The translations under genes and the position numbers were made by a program. A stretch of DNA of 64,000 bases from an uncultured Verrucomicrobiae bacterium (GTDB lineage: Bacteria > Verrucomicrobiota > Verrucomicrobiia > Palsa-1439). Below, piece by piece: positions 1 to 8,100 of the stretch. The stretch covers positions 36,418 through 100,417 of the forward strand of contig CAWEWF010000014.1 in NCBI GenBank assembly GCA_963812605.1, given 5' to 3'. Below the pieces are notes generated by a model. That model had not been told where the DNA came from and made no database searches. It was given only the letters and a program-made list of their open reading frames with translations. Within the stretch, counting starts at the first letter, position 1; each line of letters starts with the position of its first letter.

Positions 1-1503
1 GATCATGGCGTTGTAGTTCGTCCCAACGGCGTTGGTTTCCCAGTACATGGTGTCGTATTCGTTGCCGCCGTTGATGTTAAAGTTCGCGTCGAAATAGAAG
101 TCGATCGTGTTGGTGGTGGCCTGAAGATTGGTGAGCACAAACCGCTTGACGTAGACGCCGTAGTTGGTGCGCGTCCCATCCGTCACCACGGGCAGTGCGT
201 TGGTCGTCGGGCAGAAGTCGTATTGTTCCACCAGGATATTATTGCCGCCTGCGGTAAAGAGATTCGTGGTGTAGACGACATTGTTGTCCGTGACATAGCG
301 CTGCCCGACAGGATTGTAATCCGTGCCGCTGGTGTTTTGCAGCCAGTGAATGCTGTTCGTGCCGCCTTCGATCGTCCCGATACCGCCCATGGCGGCGATC
401 AGGTTCATCTGGCCGTTGGCTTCCTGGTCGAGGCTGGGGCAGCTCGGGAACTCTTCCGGACCGCGATAGCCTTCATTGGAAGTGCCGACTCCATGGCGGT
501 CGCCGACGCTGGGATAATAAATATCGTAGGTGTTTCCGTTCTGGTCGAGCTGCACCGTCATGTATTGGTTGCCGACGATGGCCTCTTCCTTCCAGTGATG
601 GATGTTTGTGGCGGGATCGCTCGGATAACCCGCCGTCGCGCCGCCCGGCCAGGGCATGGCGTGGGATGTGTAGCTGTAGTTATTTCCCGCGTTGCTGTCC
701 AGGTTCAATGTCAGGGTATCCACGTTGCCGTCGTTCAGCCCGCCGGTCGGCGTGACTGTGGAACTGAACACGTAGTAAGCCACCGTCGCGCCGTTGGGCA
801 TGGGAGGAATTGGCGCCGAATAGCTCGTGCCTGACCCGGATGCTTCGACAAATGTCGTGCTCGCAAAATTATTCGTCGTCCAGCGGATGAAGATATGCTC
901 CTCCACCGATTTCGGCGCACTCAGGCCGATGTTCACGGTAACAGTGTCGTTGGTGCGCGGTACCGCAGGAGACTGGCTCAAACGGGTGACGGAGACGGGA
1001 CGCGCTGAGGTTTTCATCACACCGATTACCGCATTATTGCCGCTCGGCGGGTTCAGAGTGCGAAATGAATAGAAGGCGCCATTTTGCACGGTAATCGTCC
1101 CATTGTTCGCGGAGAACCACGTAAATGTCGTGGTGCCGTCGATGCCGGCGGTCGCGCCGCCCCAATTGCTGCCAAACGAGCCGTCCGCCGCCAACTTGAA
1201 TTCGTAAGTGCCGTTGGTCACGTCCCCACCCGAGGCGGCGACAAACATGACATTGGTGTACCAATCCATTCCCGAGGGCGTACCCGGCGGGGACACTTTA
1301 TTCATGCGAAACGGGCCGGAGGTATCCGCAGCGTTGAAACTGTCCCACGTACCGGGAAGATTCATCGTGGTCCACGCTGTGGCGGTCGACGCGGAAAACC
1401 CGGTGAGCGCCAGCGCGGCGAGCAGGGCAATGAGAATCCGTCCGGGCCGATCTGCTAAAGCGGTTGAGCAACCGAGGCGAGAAGCTCGAAATTCTTGCGT
1501 CAT
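1..1503 (-). CDS. Secreted glycoside-hydrolase-like protein, 5' part only (gene runs off window start). ATG at 1503-1501, signal peptide MTQEFRASRLGCSTALADRPGRILIALLAALALTGFSASTA, then a starch-binding-module-like beta-sandwich (TYEFKLAADGSFGSNWGG).
   Basis: Own reverse-complement translation of 1-1503 gives continuous protein-like sequence with an N-terminal signal peptide. Absent from the ORF track, presumably because no stop lies inside the window. Neighbouring genes are alpha-glucan enzymes. Confidence 0.6.
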   Translation of the reverse strand, partial: MTQEFRASRLGCSTALADRPGRILIALLAALALTGFSASTATAWTTMNLPGTWDSFNAADTSGPFRMNKVSPPGTPSGMDWYTNVMFVAASGGDVTNGTYEFKLAADGSFGSNWGGATAGIDGTTTFTWFSANNGTITVQNGAFYSFRTLNPPSGNNAVIGVMKTSARPVSVTRLSQSPAVPRTNDTVTVNIGLSAPKSVEEHIFIRWTTNNFASTTFVEASGSGTSYSAPIPPMPNGATVAYYVFSSTVTPTGGLNDGNVDTLTLNLDSNAGNNYSYTSHAMPWPGGATAGYPSDPATNIHHWKEEAIVGNQYMTVQLDQNGNTYDIYYPSVGDRHGVGTSNEGYRGPEEFPSCPSLDQEANGQMNLIAAMGGIGTIEGGTNSIHWLQNTSGTDYNPVGQRYVTDNNVVYTTNLFTAGGNNILVEQYDFCPTTNALPVVTDGTRTNYGVYVKRFVLTNLQATTNTIDFYFDANFNINGGNEYDTMYWETNAVGTNYNAMI

Positions 1504-1534
1504 GTGCGTGCGTATCCCGATAGCCCCGACTGAA

Positions 1535-2200
1535 TCAGCCCATGCCGGCGTATTCTTCGTCGGTGATGATATGGCGTCCCATCAGCACGTAATCGTGCGC
1601 GAGAGCCTGCATGTCCTTGACGTAGTCGGGCAGAACCAATAACTCGCTGAATCCCAATTCAGCGAACACCAGTCGCGCAGCCTGCTGGTCGCCCAGAAAC
1701 TCGGCTTCCAGCTTCTCCAACCCAACGTCGCTCGCGATGTCGATCAACTCCTGTACCAATGTTCGCGCCAAGCCACGTCCGCGATAGCCAGGGTGGACCA
1801 CGACGCTGATCCGGCCGATATGACGCTTCCAGCCGCCGAGCTGTTGGTGGAGGGAGGCGTCGGCGACAATTTTGCCATCCGCGATGGCGAGCAAGGGCAG
1901 GATCTTCCCGTAGTCGATGCGCTGGCACCAATCACGGATGACCTCCGGTTCAGTGACGCGATGCTTGAAAAGGAGGCGTTCGTTATCGGGTACGGTGCAG
2001 AAGAATTCGTGAAAGGCCTTTTCGTCCGCCGCTACCAGCGGGCGTATGGTGACATCCAGGTCACCCTTTAGGGTCACCGCCTTCGGATAACGCTCAAGAT
2101 GATCGTCCACTTGTTGCGCTCGGCTCCTAACTTGTTCACGATACCAGATGAACCGGCCAACATCAAGCTGCGAAATTGATTCAATTCCGGCAGTGATCAC
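1535..2200 (-). CDS. GNAT family N-acetyltransferase
   Basis: 221-aa ORF. Acetyl-CoA binding motif region HPGYRGRGLARTLV (Q/RxxGxG/A) is typical of GNAT folds. Confidence 0.8.
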   Translation of the reverse strand: MITAGIESISQLDVGRFIWYREQVRSRAQQVDDHLERYPKAVTLKGDLDVTIRPLVAADEKAFHEFFCTVPDNERLLFKHRVTEPEVIRDWCQRIDYGKILPLLAIADGKIVADASLHQQLGGWKRHIGRISVVVHPGYRGRGLARTLVQELIDIASDVGLEKLEAEFLGDQQAARLVFAELGFSELLVLPDYVKDMQALAHDYVLMGRHIITDEEYAGMG

Positions 2201-3543
2201 GGGACAACCTTGACCTTGTAGTATTTCGTTGCGTCGGTGGTGTCAACGTCCGTATAGCTCGTGGTTGCGCCCGCGGAGGGCACGGTGCTGCCCACGGGCG
2301 CGTAGGCGCCGGCCAGACTCGTCGTGGCATAGACCTGATAGTTTTTCCCGGGGACGCTCGTCCACACGATGACGTTGTTGCCGTTCGGCTGACGCGTAAT
2401 GCTGATAATGTGGAAGAAGGAGCTCGACTTGGTCGGGTCGGTGCCTGTGAGGAATTCCTGGAGATTGCTCTGGCCGTCGCCATCGGGATCAGCGTTGGCG
2501 TTGATGTTCGTGGCGCCAAAGTATTTCAGTTCCCAGGCGGTCGTCAGACCGTTGGTATCCCACGGATTGAACGGATCGGCGCCCAGTTGCGCGGCCTGAT
2601 AATTCTGAATGTTGTCACCATTCGGCGCGGCGTCACCCTGGAGCGCCTTGATTTCCAGGGCGAAACTGAAGGCCGTGTTTGTGCTCTGGAGTTCGACCTG
2701 TTGGGTCTGCGCCTGGTCGCGCATGTTGACGGTGGCAAAGCCAGCGCCCCGGTCGGTAGCCGCGGCGTTGTAGGTGACATTACTGTGGGACGGGACATCG
2801 GCATAATCCAGCGCGGCTACGGCAACCGACGAGGGGCTGATGTTCTCAGCCTGGACGTGACCCGTCGAAGCGGCCAACGCCAGGTTCGCCTGGCCCTGAT
2901 ACATGAGGCTCAGCGCGTCGGGCGACAGGCCGTGGCGGACGTATAGCGTCGTCACGCCCCCGGCCAGCGCGTAGGCGGCTTCCAGCCGGTCCGAGCCGCT
3001 CCCCAACGTGATGGTCTTGGTGATATTGCCGTCGGAGCTGACGAATTGCCAGCCGTTGCTGACCTGCGTGGCGTTGTAGACATTGTTCACGTAGAGATTG
3101 GTGCCGCCGCTGTTGGAGATCGCCCACCAATCCTTGAATCCGGAAGTGCGATACGCCAAAGGTGCGGCCGGGCTACCGGTAGTGTTGCTGATCCCTTCGC
3201 GCTCGCTCTCGTATTCCGGCGTGCTGGCGAGGCTGCCGACGAGTTGATAAGCGCTGCCCGTAATCGGGTCGCGCGCGAATGCGGCGATGAGAACGTCCGC
3301 CGATGCGCTCGAACACCGCGTAGACTGCGTTGTTGTAAAGTAAGTAGTTTGGTTCGCCGGCCTGTTCAACGTCCTGGGCAACAACGACGGTATTGGACGA
3401 CGGGTTCGATCCAGCCCAGATCGCCGCGTGGGCCACGATGCTCGCCTGGCGCGTCGCGCGCGCGGCGCCCTTGAGAGCAAACTGTGAGAGCAAATCCGTC
3501 GTCGTATCGGGATAGACGTAATCGCCGGTCGAGAAGCGGGCAT
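2197..3543 (-). CDS. C-terminal segment of the giant GH13-family gene. Contains a TSP3-like repeat (DPDGDGQSNLQEFLTGTDP) and the shared ~90-aa C-terminal domain ending KYYKVKVVP.
   Basis: The first ~60 codons of the ORF are R-rich nonsense. The real sequence starts where the 3173-4192 frame degenerates. Confidence 0.6.
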   Translation of the reverse strand: MPASRPAITSIPIRRRICSHSLLSRAPRARRARRASWPTRRSGLDRTRRPIPSLLPRTLNRPANQTTYFTTTQSTRCSSASADVLIAAFARDPITGSAYQLVGSLASTPEYESEREGISNTTGSPAAPLAYRTSGFKDWWAISNSGGTNLYVNNVYNATQVSNGWQFVSSDGNITKTITLGSGSDRLEAAYALAGGVTTLYVRHGLSPDALSLMYQGQANLALAASTGHVQAENISPSSVAVAALDYADVPSHSNVTYNAAATDRGAGFATVNMRDQAQTQQVELQSTNTAFSFALEIKALQGDAAPNGDNIQNYQAAQLGADPFNPWDTNGLTTAWELKYFGATNINANADPDGDGQSNLQEFLTGTDPTKSSSFFHIISITRQPNGNNVIVWTSVPGKNYQVYATTSLAGAYAPVGSTVPSAGATTSYTDVDTTDATKYYKVKVVP

Positions 3544-4192
3544 AATTACCGTTATCCTCGTCGTGAAAAGCGGTCTCGAAGATGCCGTTGAGGTATACCA
3601 ATTCCGCGAGCCTGGTCAGGTTGGACTGCCCGGCAGCGGCGGATTGAACGTCTGTCCAGGTATCCGCGAGAATGGTGCCGTTGGTGGCGACGTGACCGAG
3701 TACTTTGGCCGCCAATACCTCACCGTTGGTGCCGAAGTAGAATTCATTACTGTTGGTATCACGAGTCGGTGCCGGCATTATCGTCACCGCGCAGGATCGG
3801 ATGCCGGTTGAAGAAGCTTTCCTCTTGTGAACTGCCGAAGTACCAATTGTTAAGGTTGGTTTCGCTGGCGTGGCGGACGAAGTCCTTCGCTTGGACATTG
3901 AAATTCGCGGAACCGCGTTGATTGATAAACGGCACATCCGAACCATTGACCGTGCCGTCGTTATTGATGTCAAGCTGCCCGGTGGCAAACTGGTCGAGGC
4001 GCACCACCTGAATCCACTGATGATTGGCCAGCCAGCGCAGGTTGAGGTTGAGGTTATCGGGATTGGAATTCCCGCCCACACCCGCTGCGGTTTCCCAGTT
4101 GTCGGCGAGAATGACAACCTGGTCCTGGACGCCATCGATCGCCTTGCGGATGAGAAGTTCGCGCAGGGTGATGCTCGCGCCGAGGTCATCAT
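3173..4192 (-). CDS. Continuation segment 3 of the frameshifted giant GH13-family gene
   Basis: The frame carries plausible protein (…NYLLYNNAVYAVFERI) until about 3300, then Arg-rich nonsense. Confidence 0.55.
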   Translation of the reverse strand: MMTSARASPCANFSSARRSMASRTRLSFSPTTGKPQRVWAGIPIPITSTSTCAGWPIISGFRWCASTSLPPGSLTSITTARSMVRMCRLSINAVPRISMSKRRTSSATPAKPTLTIGTSAVHKRKASSTGIRSCAVTIMPAPTRDTNSNEFYFGTNGEVLAAKVLGHVATNGTILADTWTDVQSAAAGQSNLTRLAELVYLNGIFETAFHDEDNGNYARFSTGDYVYPDTTTDLLSQFALKGAARATRQASIVAHAAIWAGSNPSSNTVVVAQDVEQAGEPNYLLYNNAVYAVFERIGGRSHRRIRARPDYGQRLSTRRQPRQHAGIRERARRDQQHYR

Positions 4193-5141
4193 TCTGGTAG
4201 AGCTGGTCGGACTCCCCGCTGATGAGGAAGGTGTTCATGCCGTTGAATTGATTAAGCTGGTAACCGCCGTCCTGCAATGCGGTCGGCCTTCCATTACCTG
4301 CGCCATAGAGTTGGTCGCCCCACCACCACAGGTGCACCATTTGGTCAAGGATCGCATAATTGTGGCCGCTGTTGGCGGCGAGATCAGACAATGACGGCCC
4401 GTCAGCGGCGCGCTCCGCAAGGTAAATGGGCGTGTTTGCCGTGACGCTGTTCGATCCGTAGGTGCTGCGCATAAGGTCGTCCTGCAATTGGACACCCGCG
4501 CGGTTGACGGCGCCCGTGAAATAAGGCGCCATGTGGTCCGCGAACATGCCGCTGACGAGGGACACTTGATTGGATTGAATCAGCGACGCGATGCGCTGGT
4601 TGAATTTGGCGCCGTCGACGGAGCCGTTGGTATCGGTCGTGGGATCGCTCTTGGCCCATTGCAGCGCGGAAATCAGGGAACCGCTCAAATGCAGGTTCAA
4701 CGGCAGTCCAAAGATCTGGGCCGACTCAAGCGCGCGGTAATAGCCGACAGGGTTGTTGCCGGGGTTGTACGTCGGATCGTAGCTCGTATTGGCGGCACTG
4801 CTGCTGGGGGTGCGCGTTGCGGTATTGGACACGAGATTCTGAATGAGCGTGCCCGGCAGGATCGACTGGTTCCCATGCAGCAGAATCGCAACCTTGGCGA
4901 TACCGGGCCGGCTGGTGACGGAGAGCGAAGACGAATAGGACGAGAGGTTGACGGGGCTCTGGTTGACGGATGTAAACCAATAGTGCAGCGCGTTGCCGTA
5001 ATTGTTGTTTTGGCTTTGGGTGATACCGTTGTCGTAGATCGAGTCGGTGATTCGCGTGGGATTCGAAAGCGTCGTCGGGCCGGCCGTGTCGTAGACCTGG
5101 AAGTTGAGCGGGGTGAAGCCCGACCACCCTGCGTCGAACAA
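3759..5141 (-). CDS. Continuation segment 2 of the frameshifted giant GH13-family gene
   Basis: Protein-like translation continues upstream of the annotated start in the same frame (…RGYQQSGGVQNQYWRADLDSIEFVIPRQALFDAGW…). It overlaps the 3' 445 nt of the 4697-11068 ORF. Confidence 0.6.
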   Translation of the reverse strand: MFDAGWSGFTPLNFQVYDTAGPTTLSNPTRITDSIYDNGITQSQNNNYGNALHYWFTSVNQSPVNLSSYSSSLSVTSRPGIAKVAILLHGNQSILPGTLIQNLVSNTATRTPSSSAANTSYDPTYNPGNNPVGYYRALESAQIFGLPLNLHLSGSLISALQWAKSDPTTDTNGSVDGAKFNQRIASLIQSNQVSLVSGMFADHMAPYFTGAVNRAGVQLQDDLMRSTYGSNSVTANTPIYLAERAADGPSLSDLAANSGHNYAILDQMVHLWWWGDQLYGAGNGRPTALQDGGYQLNQFNGMNTFLISGESDQLYQNDDLGASITLRELLIRKAIDGVQDQVVILADNWETAAGVGGNSNPDNLNLNLRWLANHQWIQVVRLDQFATGQLDINNDGTVNGSDVPFINQRGSANFNVQAKDFVRHASETNLNNWYFGSSQEESFFNRHPILRGDDNAGTDS

Positions 5142-8100
5142 TGCCTGTCGCGGGATGACAAATTCAATCGAGTCAAGGTCCGCGCGCCAGTATTGATTTT
5201 GGACGCCGCCGGATTGCTGATAGCCGCGGGTCTGGTAGATACCGGGACCGAGCCGGGCAGTTTTACGTACAGGTTCGCCGCATAAGAGCCGGCAACCTGA
5301 CCGTAAATGGCCGCCAGGACGTGCCAGCCCATGTCGGTCGTGGCGCCAACATTTTCGGGAAGCGTAGTCTCACCCGTGCCGGGCGAGCCGATGTTGATGG
5401 CCACATAGAGGCTGACGCGCCCGTTCTGGTCCGCGCCAAAGGTAAGGTCGTGCATGTCCACGCGGAAATAGTAATTACCGTCATTGCCACCATCGCGCGC
5501 GTAAAAGGCCACGAGGTCGCGGCTCCAGTCGAAACCGTCGTAGATTGGGTAAATGGTATGGTTGTTCACGTTCGGGCCGATTCCATCGTACGGGCGCACC
5601 ACCTTCAGGTCATTGACGCTCCAGCCCTGGAATTCCGTAAACCACGTATTGCCGGCCGTGCTGCCAATCGTTGCCCCCGAACCGACAATCAACGAACCGG
5701 CATTGACAGCCACGCCATTGCTGTAAAACAGGGTCGGATCCAGTCCATTCAGGAACTTCGTGATGTTCGAGATGCCGTCACCTCGGGGATTGCCCGCCGC
5801 GCCATTCAGGTTCGTGGTGATCAAGGCGCCGGTGTGCCAGTTGGTGTGACCAATGACACCATCGTCCCACGGGTCGAGTCCGTAACGTGTCTTCCAACCA
5901 TCCGGCAGGCCGTTCGGGTCGCCATCGGTGTGCGCATCCATTGGATCCGTTTCGAGAAGTACGGCGTTCGGATACTGTTGAATGAGAGCCTTTCGATTCA
6001 CCCGCGACGTGAGGGGCCAGTAGAGAATGGTGGGCGGCAGTGGAGTGGACAAAACGTTGGTGACGCAGGCGGTGACGTTGCTCACGCACGGACAACCGCA
6101 ACTGGAGGCGTTGTAACCAATGTTGCGGTTGAGCAGGCCGATCTTCAGGAAGCCGGTGCCGCTGGCATTCTCCGCGCCGTCCGGGATGCCATCGCCATCA
6201 GTGTCGGGATTGTTCGGGTCGGTCTCCAACCAGACAGCAGCGGGCCAGACCTGGAGGACTTTCGTGCGGTCGATCATCGAAGTGTTATAGATGGTTGGCG
6301 GGTGGGCGATGACCACGATGCTGGTCGTAATCGCGGTGCCGTTGGGGATCGAGAGGCCACCCATGTTCGGGTACTGCCATGAGGTGCCGTAACCCGCGAT
6401 GACCAGAGAGCCGTTGGCGTTCGAGAGTGTGACCGTGTCGTACGTCAGGCCGGCGATGCCATTGGTGCTGGTCAGCGGGGTGCCGGTGGAATTTGTCAGT
6501 GTGATGTCCACGCGACCGTTGTGATTCATGTCTTCAACGGCGTCGCGCAGACCGTCCGCATCGGTGTCGGGTGTGCTGGGGTTTAACACCGTTCCAGCGA
6601 TCTGGTCGGTGCGCGGGTTGTTGTAGTTGAACGGCCACGGCACGTAGCCTTGATAGCCCGCGGGGGCAGTCGAGTTGTCGAGCGTGTTGTAGAGCGGCGG
6701 ATCCAGGCTCGCGATGAAATTTCGGGTCCCGCAATTCGGATCGAGTCCGGTAACCGTGTTGGTGGCGGCAGGTAGGGGACCGATGCCGAGTTTCAAGCCA
6801 TCCGGTAATCCATTCGGATCGCCATCGCTGTGAGCGCTATTCGGATCGGTCTTGCCGGAGAAGAAATAGACGTGGACATCACTATTCTTCCACGTATCTG
6901 GATTGGTACTGGGCAGCGGCTGGGCGGTGGTCTCCAGGTAATCGCTGATGCCGTCGTTGTCGCTGTCGTCGCTGTTGGGATTGGTCGGCACGATTGGACG
7001 GAAGGCAACGTCAACACTCCGGAACGTCGTATTGGAGCCGCCGCCGAATACATCCGCGCGGATGAGCCAGGCGCCCGCGACCATGTTCGTCCAGTTGAAA
7101 TTCCACAACAACGCGGTGCCGACGTTCGTGGACAACTGCGCGGGACCACCTTGGAACCCGTTGGTGGTGGGCATGAAACTGACCAGGACATTGGTGACGC
7201 TGGTGCTGGTCTGCACGGTGATGGTGTACGCATCATTCGTCGGCGCGGCGCCGCCACCGCACGTGCCGAAGACAATCGTGTCCGGCGGAACGTTCTTGCT
7301 GGGATCAACCGCGGGCGGTTGGAGAATACTTGCCGAAACGCCCGTCAGCGAGACGTTCACGATGCGGGAGGCATAGAGGCTCACAGCGCCGTCGTCATAA
7401 AGGAATTCAATCAGGTGCTGGCCCGCGCTCATGCCGCTCCAGTCGTAACGCAGGTCACGGGTGCCATTGCCGCAGAAACTTCCTTGGAAAAGATACAGCG
7501 GAGTATTGGTGGGAGAGGTCCGCGGCTGCACCGAGCCGTCGATTCGGATGGTGAAATTGGTCGGAACCGCGCTCAGGGAACTGCTGAAGCAGGCGACAAT
7601 CTCGTAGAAGCTATTTTGATCGAGCGAGACCGTGTCGCCGTTATTGACCGGGAAGGCGATATTCAGGACCTGTGACGGCGCGGCGCAGTTTACCTGTCGT
7701 GTCAGGGTTGTGTAGTGGTTCGTATACAGCGTCGAGGAGGCGTCCTTGAGGCGGACGGTGATCGTTGCCGGGCCGCTGCTCGGGATGCCGACATAGTTGA
7801 AGCGAAACTCATGGGGCAGGTTCGGATATTGCAGGCCGATAGATGGCAATGGCGAGACTTCCGTGGCCACGGCCCAGGAAGGCGCGCCGTTGGTGCCGTT
7901 CCCATTTCCGTTAAGCTGGCCGGTCGCCGAATCGTCGTTATTTGCGCTATTGTCGTCAATGTGATAATCGACCTCGGTCGTCGTGTCCTGCGCCCGCACC
8001 ACCACGCCGTAGGTCTGGCTTCCCAGTGTATCGCCATCATTCGTCGGAAAGGCAATAACCCCGCTTGGCGTCTGCGGCGCGTAGTAGAAAGATTGCAGGA

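Noticed and set aside
223-1642. Several plus-strand ORFs (223-834, 1084-1458, 1208-1642)
   Set aside because: The minus strand translates into a continuous secreted protein with a signal peptide starting at 1503. The plus-strand ORFs are antisense artefacts.
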